Shown one piece after another: positions 1 through 8,794 of a stretch of DNA of 64,000 bases. The stretch spans positions 62,001 to 126,000 of IMG/VR virus record IMGVR_UViG_3300044974_001280. One strand, 5' to 3'. Under the pieces are notes generated by a model, which saw nothing but the letters and a program-made list of their open reading frames with translations, was not told the DNA's origin and ran no database searches. Made by a program: the position numbers and the translations under genes. The stretch's first letter is position 1, and each line of letters opens with the position of its first letter.

Positions 1-195
1 CTAGTCAGATTTGCCTTGTATCTGCCTTTGGAATGGAGAACAGGCAAAAAAATTCTTAAAGACACTTTTGGTCCTTTGCTCCCTTCTGCAATAATCGATA
101 GACCCAAGGAGGCCCTTAAAAATCCTTTAATCAAACAGGATAAAATCAAATACAGACTCTGGGTAGCGGATCTCTTTGAAAACAATCATATTTAA
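1..195 (+). CDS. 3' end of asparagine synthetase (AsnB)-like amidotransferase, truncated by window start
   Basis: Frame 1 reads LVRFALYLPLEWRTGKKILKDTFGPLLPSAIIDRPKEALKNP...HI* (TAA 193-195); ALxLP...KKILK..F..LLP..I..RPK is the typical Asn_synthase C-terminal signature. Not in the ORF track because it has no start. Confidence 0.65.
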   Translation, partial: LVRFALYLPLEWRTGKKILKDTFGPLLPSAIIDRPKEALKNPLIKQDKIKYRLWVADLFENNHI

Positions 196-206
196 AATCT
201 TTTGGA

Positions 207-214
207 GATATATA
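207..214 (+). promoter_or_regulatory. putative late promoter GATATATA
   Basis: Recurrent intergenic motif, 44 nt upstream of ATG 258; resembles the T4 late promoter TATAAATA. Confidence 0.6.
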
Positions 215-257
215 AGTCAGATGTTGCATCTACCTTATAAAAAACCAAAAGATTGTT

Positions 258-1001
258 ATGATTAAAAAGTTTTCTGAATTTAGAAATAGGGTCACACCAG
301 GTCCCGATGACCAACCTGAACTCAATGAAGGAATAGGAGATTGGCTAGGTCAAACCTTTGGCAGTATTTGGGGAGGAGCCAAGGATCTATTGACCAAAAA
401 AATAACAGCTCATCTGCTCAGTAAACTTGGTATCGAGGAGAATAGCATTTTCGCAGAGCTGGTGAGCAAATTCGTTCAGCAAATCCCAATCAGTGACTAT
501 TACGGTATTTTGTTCAATTCTAAACTGAACGCCAAATACTTGGCTCCCAAAATGGCTGAAGCGGCAATGGAATTTATTTCAGGCCAGGGTTACGATGGTA
601 TAGCTCAGTCTTTAGGTTTTAATCGTGATGGATTAATATACCAATTATTAAGGGAGACCTTCACTAACGAGGCAGCTAAATTGAATTTTAAAAAGAATTT
701 AGAAAATTTCTTCCTATCGGTGTTTCAAGGATTTCCATCCACTAGTGCGACTGAATTTGAAAAAAGTTTGACTAGTTCTGAAAAATCCGCCTTAACGAGG
801 CCTCTTCTTCAAACAGCCAAAGATAAAGGAATAAAGATGGATAAATCTGCTAGGGGAGAAGGAAATATTCTGACTAATTTCCTTACTAACATGCAGAATG
901 CTAACCAGGCTAACTCTGCCCAAATTGCATCTTCCTCAACCACTTACAATCAAGGTCTAACTGCTCAGCAGTATGAAGATTTAATAAAATTCAGATCTTA
1001 A
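258..1001 (+). CDS. hypothetical protein, probable head-internal protein
   Basis: 247-aa ORF; N-terminus MIKKFSEF...LNEG resembles T4 internal-protein capsid-targeting sequences. Confidence 0.55.
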   Translation: MIKKFSEFRNRVTPGPDDQPELNEGIGDWLGQTFGSIWGGAKDLLTKKITAHLLSKLGIEENSIFAELVSKFVQQIPISDYYGILFNSKLNAKYLAPKMAEAAMEFISGQGYDGIAQSLGFNRDGLIYQLLRETFTNEAAKLNFKKNLENFFLSVFQGFPSTSATEFEKSLTSSEKSALTRPLLQTAKDKGIKMDKSARGEGNILTNFLTNMQNANQANSAQIASSSTTYNQGLTAQQYEDLIKFRS

Positions 1002-1019
1002 AAATATAACCCCGAATTT

Positions 1020-1376
1020 ATGAACATTAACGACGTTGCCCAAAGAGAAATTTTAGATTTCAAACAGTTCAGAGGAAAGGTAATGGATGACACCTACAAA
1101 CCTTTCGATCCTCAGAATCAGAAGGACTCTTATTCTAGAACAGGACTGCACCCCATCAAAAGGGAACCTGCTTATGATTTCGTAGGGTACGCGGACGCCA
1201 TCTTTTCTCCTGACAAGGCTGGTATTGGCCTGCCTGGTTACAACGCAGGACAAAGCAGACAGTACATCAACGCTATCGGTGGTCCTGGTCTGGCACAAAC
1301 CCCTGCTACTAACGAGTCTGAAAATCAGGAAATTGACGAACCTATAATTTTAGGTCTCAGAGATTTTAGAGGCTAG
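1020..1376 (+). CDS. hypothetical protein
   Basis: 118-aa ORF in operon; similar motifs ILDFKQFRG and ILGLRDFRG at the two ends. Confidence 0.6.
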   Translation: MNINDVAQREILDFKQFRGKVMDDTYKPFDPQNQKDSYSRTGLHPIKREPAYDFVGYADAIFSPDKAGIGLPGYNAGQSRQYINAIGGPGLAQTPATNESENQEIDEPIILGLRDFRG

Positions 1377-1423
1377 GTTTGATTCAAGCCCGAAATTTTT
1401 TTTCATTCTGACGTAAGACGAGC

Positions 1424-2095
1424 ATGGAAAAAATTAGACTCGTTCACATTCTGACTGAATTAGATCACACAAGAGAAATAGCATCCGTAAATTCTCTATC
1501 GGTCTTGCCGAGTGTGGGAATAGAATACATTCAACAGGTAAATCAAAGATACACTGGTGACGATTGGAAGTTAGTTAAAGCTTTATCTCAAAATGAACAT
1601 ACCCGACACGGAGCAGGACATTATGGGGCTTTTCAATCTTTCAAGAAAGCCATTTTGGAAAATTTCACTCCTGATCTGGACGCCTTGATATTATGTGAGT
1701 GTGACTGCGTGCTTGAAGTATCCCCCGAGGCTTTCTTGATTAACGTTAAAAGAGGTTTAGAATTTTGTCAAACACACCAACTAAATTATTTTTCTTTGGG
1801 TGGGAGGTTTGCTTTAGGACATCTTCAATCTCCTATTTTAGAAACAGATCCCAGGTTCGAAGATTTTTACGTCACTAATAAAATTATTCTGGCCCATTGT
1901 ATAGTCTTAACCCCAATAGGCCGAGAATTTTATTTGAATGTACTGCAGGGAGATTCTTGGGACAGTCCAGATCTATGGTTTTTTGAAATCAATTGGAAGC
2001 ACGGCAATGATAGATTTGGTATTTCTTATGAGAGATCAGCCTTCCAGCATGAGGGACTTTCTCTCATTGATAACTGTTGGAAAGACTCACAATAA
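1424..2095 (+). CDS. glycosyltransferase, GT25-like (GT-A fold)
   Basis: GHYGAFQSFKKAI followed by ALILCECDC matches the GT25 pattern GxxGCxxSH...ALILEDD; later LAHCIVL and DLWF match the A-Y-hh and D-h segments. Confidence 0.55.
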   Translation: MEKIRLVHILTELDHTREIASVNSLSVLPSVGIEYIQQVNQRYTGDDWKLVKALSQNEHTRHGAGHYGAFQSFKKAILENFTPDLDALILCECDCVLEVSPEAFLINVKRGLEFCQTHQLNYFSLGGRFALGHLQSPILETDPRFEDFYVTNKIILAHCIVLTPIGREFYLNVLQGDSWDSPDLWFFEINWKHGNDRFGISYERSAFQHEGLSLIDNCWKDSQ

Positions 2096-2794
2096 CTCGA
2101 AATTTCTTTCGATCTCTTTTACGAAAAGATCTTTTGCAATTTTCAAGATACTAGACTCTGAACAAAAGTCGTCCAAAATTTCCATCACAGTCACTCTGGG
2201 TTTAGCTATGCTTCCGTTCGTCTCGAGTAGAATCTCATTAATGATGTATTCATAGGACAAAGAAAAATAGTTATTGTCCAGATCTATTTTCTTCATGATT
2301 ACTGCCTCTTGGGAAGAAATCTTGGCCTTAGACCAAAAGTGACAAAAGATCTCGTCAGTTGACATGTTTCTGATAATCAAAATTCCGCTATTGACGGGAT
2401 CTTTCTCTTTGTGAAAATTAAAGATCTTGATTTTATCTCTGATGTTATCCCAGAGAATAGATCCTATTTCCACATACCCATACAGGGATTCGAGAGCCTC
2501 GTTCACGATATGCAGGATCTGGTCTTTCTCGGTTGTTGTGTAATCCTCTCGATTGATCTCAGTCCAAATCTGATCTTGTCTGATCGATTTAACTGGAAGT
2601 TGTGGCTTCTCTTCCAGGAGCTGGCGAGCGAACTTGAGTTCACTTATCAAATCAAACACATTCTTGATAGCTGGATAGTAATCCTCCCTTTCTATATCTC
2701 TGTTAACTTGTTGGAGGAAATTCAGTAAAACGTATTGTTTGTGCTCAGTGTCAAAAGGTTTTGATAAAAACCAGGTAGATTCCAATAACTCCAT
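2087..2794 (-). CDS. conserved hypothetical protein, resembles a Bacteroidota uncharacterised family
   Basis: 235-aa ORF, TWF..PFDTEHKQYVLLNFLQQVN...YYP; upstream CATATATAAA on the minus strand; family resemblance from memory only. Confidence 0.6.
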   Translation of the reverse strand: MELLESTWFLSKPFDTEHKQYVLLNFLQQVNRDIEREDYYPAIKNVFDLISELKFARQLLEEKPQLPVKSIRQDQIWTEINREDYTTTEKDQILHIVNEALESLYGYVEIGSILWDNIRDKIKIFNFHKEKDPVNSGILIIRNMSTDEIFCHFWSKAKISSQEAVIMKKIDLDNNYFSLSYEYIINEILLETNGSIAKPRVTVMEILDDFCSESSILKIAKDLFVKEIERNFELL

Positions 2795-2855
2795 AATTTA
2801 TCTTTTTACTTCTGTTTATATATGCTGATTAAGATGAGAGTCTGATTTTCTCAGA

Positions 2856-2863
2856 GATATATA
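2856..2863 (+). promoter_or_regulatory. putative late promoter GATATATA
   Basis: Motif 30 nt upstream of ATG 2893; a divergent copy on the minus strand at about 2815-2824. Confidence 0.55.
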
Positions 2864-2892
2864 ACTCAGATCCAAAAATTTACCAGAAAGTT

Positions 2893-3327
2893 ATGAGAAT
2901 CCAAGATTATGGAAGCTATAGTGTCCAGAAGAATAAAAATTTTACCTCTGAGTTTACATTTACCTCGCAGTTGGGTTTTCTCGAGGTGAAAGTTATCAAC
3001 AGGCCGTCGGAGCTTCTTCAATACGATGATCTAGAATGTATTGTAGAATATGAAGCAGCGATTGAAAGAAAAAAAGAAGGGATCCAGGATCTAAATTTCA
3101 AGATTAATCTGATTGAGATGGAATTCAGAGTTGATGGCTATCCAGAGGACCCAGCAGAATATGATTTCGAAATTGTGCCTGGAGAAAATATAGATGCCAA
3201 ACTAGTTAAAATTCAGAAAGAAGAAATACTTATCCCCTCTAACCCCTCTTTTCTACTCTTGGATATGGGCAAATCTATGAGACCAGCCGATTTTAAAATG
3301 ACAGTGCACTTTGGAAAGAAAGACTAA
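2893..3327 (+). CDS. hypothetical protein
   Basis: 144-aa acidic ORF downstream of promoter motif. Confidence 0.6.
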   Translation: MRIQDYGSYSVQKNKNFTSEFTFTSQLGFLEVKVINRPSELLQYDDLECIVEYEAAIERKKEGIQDLNFKINLIEMEFRVDGYPEDPAEYDFEIVPGENIDAKLVKIQKEEILIPSNPSFLLLDMGKSMRPADFKMTVHFGKKD

Positions 3328-4213
3328 CAGGCTAATGCCTTTTTCTGAATACAATGAACTCTTCGAGTCCAATTCGGGCAGACGTCTGAATTTAGGCATA
3401 GTTGGACCTTTGGCCAATTGGTCTATGAAAATCCAGGCCTATCCAGAGCCTAATCATGGCATGATAGGTTATGCCATTCATGAAGACGAAATAGAATTTT
3501 CTTACAAGGATAAGAAGATGAAGGTTCCGAGCAAGTGCTGTCAGGTTAAGAAGAATAAAAATTCTTCCACTATCCATTTCCAGCCAGATCCCAGATGGAT
3601 TGGTCGTTCGGAAAACATAGAACTTCTGTCTGAATTTGCAGACACTTATCTTGAAGAGAAGCTGGGTGCAACGGCCAGAGAAGATGATTTGGTAGCAGGT
3701 GATATAGGCTTGGTCTTAGATTGTTTACACTTGGGGGACAGAGTATCGGAGTGTATATTGAAAAGACCTGGCCACTATGAAATTGAGTTGGCTGATGGTT
3801 CTCTGGTGGAGGTGAAGAAAAATACAGATTCTTTTTTTGACGACCTTAAATTTTATAAAGACTCGAACAAAAAAGAGTGGGACCTAAGATTGAAGAATGG
3901 ATCTGCCCATAAATCGATAGAATTCGTAACCCCCAAATGTCAATTAACAGAAACTGCAAAGACGTTTACCGAGCTTTTTGAAAAACCGATTGTTGCCTAT
4001 TTGATTTCCGTCATGTCCGAAAAAACTGATTCAGACCTGGCTGATCTGGCCCTAAATGATCTGAAAAAAACCATTAGAAGACCTCCTAAAGGGGACCAAA
4101 GATCGGCAGAATACAGAGATCATCAGAGACGGATAGAAGACACTCTCCAGGCCTTAACACACTCTTTTGACTTGCCAGACCTCCAAAGGTTGATCCAAAT
4201 TACCCGGAACTAG
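3311..4213 (+). CDS. hypothetical protein (alternative ATG start at 3335)
   Basis: 300-aa ORF; N-terminus RLMPFSEYNELFES resembles the capsid-targeting-like motif. Confidence 0.6.
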   Translation: MERKTNRLMPFSEYNELFESNSGRRLNLGIVGPLANWSMKIQAYPEPNHGMIGYAIHEDEIEFSYKDKKMKVPSKCCQVKKNKNSSTIHFQPDPRWIGRSENIELLSEFADTYLEEKLGATAREDDLVAGDIGLVLDCLHLGDRVSECILKRPGHYEIELADGSLVEVKKNTDSFFDDLKFYKDSNKKEWDLRLKNGSAHKSIEFVTPKCQLTETAKTFTELFEKPIVAYLISVMSEKTDSDLADLALNDLKKTIRRPPKGDQRSAEYRDHQRRIEDTLQALTHSFDLPDLQRLIQITRN

Positions 4214-4290
4214 AGGTAGAAACTTTCCGTCAACCTTTTCTATAAGAAACTAATCAATGAAATTCTTTAACGATCTTTCATAAGGAAAGA

Positions 4291-4935
4291 ATGAGCTGGA
4301 TTAAATCTTTATTTCGAAAAAAAAACACTATGCAGGAGTCTGAATCACTTCAAGAGTTAGAGAAAACCTATCAAGACAAGGATTTTCAATGGCTAAAAGG
4401 AGATAATATGGGAACCATAGAAAGGTACAAAGGTATCGTTTTAGACCCATCTCAAAATAAAACTTTCATTAATTTTCAATCTGGAGGACGCATCGACGTT
4501 CAGCTCGTAAGAGAATTTATGGACATTTTTCCGACTCAAAGAGTCGCTATCCAGGAAAATACCGCTCCTAAGATTCCTCAGATAGCATCTCCGGCAGTGG
4601 CTGAAAATCCAAATTCTTCCGGCAAAAACAAAAATGTAGTAACCCAGGTCAACCTGGAAAATTCACCGATATATACCTTGCTTCAGAAGCAAAAGCCCAA
4701 TTGGGTAAATGTAAATATAAGCTTAAAATTGAATTTACCAACCAAAACCCTCTATAACGTGCTATCTTCTTCTTTTGAGGATGCCGAAAAGGAAGTGGTA
4801 AATTTTGTGATTGAGGGATTGGAAATAGATGACATTAAGCAGGCTCTGGCTGATTCTATTTTGTCTTATTACGACAAGAAAAAAGGACCAACCTTGAATG
4901 AAAAAACGTATCAAGAAATCAATGACGGAGAATAA
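4291..4935 (+). CDS. hypothetical protein
   Basis: 214-aa ORF, two-domain look with a low-complexity linker. Confidence 0.6.
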   Translation: MSWIKSLFRKKNTMQESESLQELEKTYQDKDFQWLKGDNMGTIERYKGIVLDPSQNKTFINFQSGGRIDVQLVREFMDIFPTQRVAIQENTAPKIPQIASPAVAENPNSSGKNKNVVTQVNLENSPIYTLLQKQKPNWVNVNISLKLNLPTKTLYNVLSSSFEDAEKEVVNFVIEGLEIDDIKQALADSILSYYDKKKGPTLNEKTYQEINDGE

Positions 4936-5506
4936 AATTTTAGGAGAAACAGAATTCTTTCAATTTGTAGAAAGAGATTCCATGGCTGGACTGGTTCCCA
5001 AGTTCATGAATGTGGTGATCATGCCCTTTTTGTCAGACCCCCAGGGTTTGCCCATGTCGGTAGGAGTAATTGTTGAAAAAAACCCTTTCAGAGAAGGTAA
5101 TACAACCATGTGTCTGATTACTGGTAGTTCGGACGAAGCAGATCCTGATCTTTTGAGCACTGCCAAAAGAGAACTTAAAGAAGAGAGTGGTTTTGATGTG
5201 TCCGATAACGAGAGATGGTACTATCTGGGATCTGTTACTTCTTCCAAATTCGTAGACCATGAGCAGCCTTGTTTTGCAGTGGATGTGACAGAGATTACTA
5301 GAGGTAATCCCGAGCCCGACGGCAGCGAAAAGGAAGCTCAAATGGATTTTAAATTTATTTCTGCGAACGAGGTTGTCAAGGCCAAAGATATTTTCATTCC
5401 TGGCTTATTTTTAAAACTATTCAAGTACGTTTTAGGATTTGACATTCAGGACAAATCCACTAAACTAGATCTAAGTTCTCCAAAAGGTTATAAATTTTCA
5501 ATTTGA
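4922..5506 (+). CDS. Nudix hydrolase
   Basis: Nudix box variant GSSDEADPDLLSTAKRELKEESGF; ATG 4922 preferred over 4898 because it reduces the overlap. Confidence 0.85.
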   Translation: MTENKILGETEFFQFVERDSMAGLVPKFMNVVIMPFLSDPQGLPMSVGVIVEKNPFREGNTTMCLITGSSDEADPDLLSTAKRELKEESGFDVSDNERWYYLGSVTSSKFVDHEQPCFAVDVTEITRGNPEPDGSEKEAQMDFKFISANEVVKAKDIFIPGLFLKLFKYVLGFDIQDKSTKLDLSSPKGYKFSI

Positions 5507-5507
5507 T

Positions 5508-5840
5508 ATGAGTATTTCTAGAAAAGAAAGAAGGAAAGCCGCTCGTTCTTTAGGCTTGTTAAAGAATAAAGGGGACATAAATAGTTTCAGAGAAAGAGTT
5601 AGAAGATCTAACAATTTCGGCAATCAAATGCACATTTTACATTTAGAGAGAATGAGAAATCAAGAGTTGACAGCAGCATCTTCTTCCGAAGCTATAAGTG
5701 AGGAATCTGAAATTTTAGGACTGGCAAACTTTTCGAATCAGTCCCTTGAAAATATGAAATTTGATTTTCAAAACACAGATTACCTAACAAATTATGAAAT
5801 ATCTGCTTCTGCTTCAGAACCAGAATTGGAAAAAAAATAA
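5508..5840 (+). CDS. hypothetical protein
   Basis: 110-aa ORF with basic N-terminus (SRKERRK) and acidic C-terminus. Confidence 0.55.
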   Translation: MSISRKERRKAARSLGLLKNKGDINSFRERVRRSNNFGNQMHILHLERMRNQELTAASSSEAISEESEILGLANFSNQSLENMKFDFQNTDYLTNYEISASASEPELEKK

Positions 5841-5848
5841 AAATTAAG

Positions 5849-6169
5849 TTGGCCAGAGTTAAGTTTTTCCTGACCACCTATTCAGCCAAAGAAATAAAAA
5901 AAAAATTTGACTTTGAGCTGGATTTTCATGTTGTTGACATTCTGAAAATTGTCAGGGACTTGGGTTACAGTGTTAACTCTCTGTCTCAAGAATCCGAATT
6001 TATCATCAACCACGAAATTCAGAAGAAAATACTTCAAGGAATATATACAGACAGTATAAGTTATGTCCTGATTGTTCATAAAGAAATTAGTGAAATTTTT
6101 ATCGACAATCTAATTGAATTTTTGAACGGAATTGATCAAGATATAACATACACGATAGAATTGATTTAA
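5849..6169 (+). CDS. hypothetical protein
   Basis: 106-aa ORF (TTG start) filling the gap between neighbours. Confidence 0.5.
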   Translation: MARVKFFLTTYSAKEIKKKFDFELDFHVVDILKIVRDLGYSVNSLSQESEFIINHEIQKKILQGIYTDSISYVLIVHKEISEIFIDNLIEFLNGIDQDITYTIELI

Positions 6170-6186
6170 AAAAATTCTTTTGGTGA

Positions 6187-8169
6187 ATGTCTGGTTCTAC
6201 CACTCTTAATTTTACTCCTACCGCTGCCCAAACCCCGGGTAACACTCAATCTTTTTCAGCCACCCCTGGCTTTGTCAGACCTTATCCCTTTGGATCTGAA
6301 GAGTGGAGATATAAAAGTCTAGCTGCCGATGTTACCTCTAGATTTTCCAATCTAGGTTCGGTTGTTCCTGAGAAAGGGCCGACTGCTAGATCTCTATTTG
6401 CCCATGCAGCTAAATATGGTGCAACTTATGGCAAGTACAACCAGTTTCTTTTCTACTCTTTTAGTAACAACTCGAACGACTTCAGAGCGGAATATTACCA
6501 ATCCGAAACTGCCCAGTTCAATCCTAGAATTTCTTCCTTAGAATCTAAAAATCCTTCTGCCGGAGCTTTGGTGAAGGCAACTCAGCAGTTTATTTTTCAA
6601 AAAACACCAAACGATAAGAACGACAGCGGGCCTGCTGATAATACTGTTGCCCCTTCCCCCATCGTGGGAGGAGTAGCGGCTCCTTATTTTTGGAGTGATT
6701 TTCTGTATTGTAAATACTACGGAACCATTCCCAACAACTACATGATCACTCTTCGCAGATATCCTGCTCCTATGCGGGACAATCTGGATATTCCCAGTCA
6801 ATTAAAAGAATCTTCAATGTATGAAAAAGGAGTAGGAAGGCCCGTTGCCCAGGCGGTAACCTGGTGGGGTGGACAGACTGGAAACTCTTTAAATTCTATT
6901 ATTTCATTTTCTACAGGTTTAAATTGGGATTCAAAAACACAAGAAGAGATCTCAGACAACAAAGGATTCGATCAAGGTTTCTTCAAAACTGTGGTTGGAA
7001 GAGCTTTGGGCTCAGTTGCCGAGGGGGTAGCTGGAGATTTAGGACTTAATCTAGTGTCGGGGTTGGGCGATCTTTTAAACGTCATAGCCGCTTCTTCAGA
7101 GGGAGGAAATCAGCAGATAACTATGGCGAAAATTAACGCAGGCCTAAGAGATAAGTTTACGTCTGCCAATGGTCCTTTATCCGATTTTATTTTTACCCCT
7201 GTTGATACGGTCGATAAGACTTATTTCAGGGACAGGGGCTTGTCTTTTTCTGGCGGAGAGTATGGAGGAATTACCCTGAAATTTCACTATGAGCTTACCT
7301 CCCTCGGTCAAGTCAATACAAAAGCAGCGATGGTAGATATAATCGGCAACCTGCTGGCTTTGGGTACCAATTATGGAAATTTTTTGACCCCTGATGTCAG
7401 ATACGACAACACCTTCCCCGCCATTGGGTTTCCGGGAGGTGATGAAGGTTTAAGAAACTTTTATTCGGATCCTTTAAATTGGACTAAAACGGCTCTGAAA
7501 TATTTAGCGGATCCCAATGGAACTACCATGTCGGATCCCGAAAACCCTCTGGTTCAGCAATTTAAAAATTTTTCTAATCAGTTAGAGGGACAAGTGCAGC
7601 AATTGGCTTCCGCTTTGACCCAAACTTCCGGTGGAAATACGTTAGAAAATTTAAAGAAACAAGTAGACGGGCCTTTGGGTAATGTGCTGGCTTTTGCCTT
7701 GTCCGAAGACTTAATCGAAAAGATTCAGGTTCCTCTATCTCTTAAAACAGGTGCTCCTGTCGGAGAGTGGCATTTGGTAGTGGGTAATCCTATGAATCCT
7801 ATCGCCATGATAGGAAACCTCATTTGTTCTAACGTGACCATAGATTTTGGTGAAGTTTTAGGTCCTGATGATTTTCCAACCGAAATTACTGCTACCTTTG
7901 AACTTGACCACGGAAGAGATCGAGATAGGGGAGAAATTGAATCTATGTTCAACAGAGGGGACGGGAGATTGTATCAATCAACCCTGCCCACATACGCCAG
8001 TACTCAGTCTCTGGCCAGTCAGTCTAATGTTCTGGGTGAAAACATTCCTGTTTCCAATACGGATCCAACCCAGGCAAATCCCTTCCAATTAGTTTCTGGA
8101 ACCAATAGTGGGGGCCAACAAAATCCTGCTACTTTCAATGTTATCCCCCCAGTTTTACAGCCTCGTTAA
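6187..8169 (+). CDS. virion structural protein, probable baseplate/tail-tube junction (gp48/gp54-like)
   Basis: 660 aa; position immediately before gp53, hub and spike; C-terminal GNLICSNVTIDFG..LGPDDFPTEITATFEL resembles the tube-fold ending of gp48-type proteins. Confidence 0.45.
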   Translation: MSGSTTLNFTPTAAQTPGNTQSFSATPGFVRPYPFGSEEWRYKSLAADVTSRFSNLGSVVPEKGPTARSLFAHAAKYGATYGKYNQFLFYSFSNNSNDFRAEYYQSETAQFNPRISSLESKNPSAGALVKATQQFIFQKTPNDKNDSGPADNTVAPSPIVGGVAAPYFWSDFLYCKYYGTIPNNYMITLRRYPAPMRDNLDIPSQLKESSMYEKGVGRPVAQAVTWWGGQTGNSLNSIISFSTGLNWDSKTQEEISDNKGFDQGFFKTVVGRALGSVAEGVAGDLGLNLVSGLGDLLNVIAASSEGGNQQITMAKINAGLRDKFTSANGPLSDFIFTPVDTVDKTYFRDRGLSFSGGEYGGITLKFHYELTSLGQVNTKAAMVDIIGNLLALGTNYGNFLTPDVRYDNTFPAIGFPGGDEGLRNFYSDPLNWTKTALKYLADPNGTTMSDPENPLVQQFKNFSNQLEGQVQQLASALTQTSGGNTLENLKKQVDGPLGNVLAFALSEDLIEKIQVPLSLKTGAPVGEWHLVVGNPMNPIAMIGNLICSNVTIDFGEVLGPDDFPTEITATFELDHGRDRDRGEIESMFNRGDGRLYQSTLPTYASTQSLASQSNVLGENIPVSNTDPTQANPFQLVSGTNSGGQQNPATFNVIPPVLQPR

Positions 8170-8194
8170 TAAAAAAATGAACTCATAAAAACAG

Positions 8195-8782
8195 ATGTTA
8201 AATATAGATACTCTTGAAAGAAATAAAAGTATTTTCAATCCCAATAAAGATCTGCAAAATAACGGGATAGGAATTTGGGATCTAACCTCAAGTTCTATGG
8301 ATTTCACCAACATCAATTTGAAGTTGGAAAGATACTACACTTTGAGGGAAGAGTATCAAATGAGACCTGATCTATTGGCCTTGCAGGCCTACGGAAATTT
8401 AGCTTACACTGGTTCTTTGATGAAGGTTAATTTCATTTCGAATCCTTTTGCCATGCAGGAGGGCGATTTAATCGTGGTGCCGGTTGTAGATCAGATTGAA
8501 GCGACTTTTAATCTGAAACAAGCCACAATTCTCAAAGGCAACACTTCGGATAACCCCAACCAAAATTTCAGAGATGCTCAAGAACAAAAAAAATTCAGAA
8601 TTTCTAATTCCAGACAGCAGTTTTTAGAAAAAAGAAATGTCCCCAAGAATCCTCCAGCCCAGATTTTACCATCTAACATAGCCCAGGCTGAAGAAAGGCA
8701 GACAGTGAGAACCAATGTTGTGATTGGCTTAGCTCCTGACGTCAGCAATTCTTTGCCCAATCCTGCTGGTAATCCGAATTAG
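8195..8782 (+). CDS. baseplate wedge protein gp53-like (LysM-like)
   Basis: MRPDLLALQAYG....LMKVNFISNPFAMQEGDLIVVP is the gp53/LysM-like RPDxxAxxxYG...N.I.NP signature. Confidence 0.75.
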   Translation: MLNIDTLERNKSIFNPNKDLQNNGIGIWDLTSSSMDFTNINLKLERYYTLREEYQMRPDLLALQAYGNLAYTGSLMKVNFISNPFAMQEGDLIVVPVVDQIEATFNLKQATILKGNTSDNPNQNFRDAQEQKKFRISNSRQQFLEKRNVPKNPPAQILPSNIAQAEERQTVRTNVVIGLAPDVSNSLPNPAGNPN

Positions 8783-8794
8783 GACTAAAATCTT

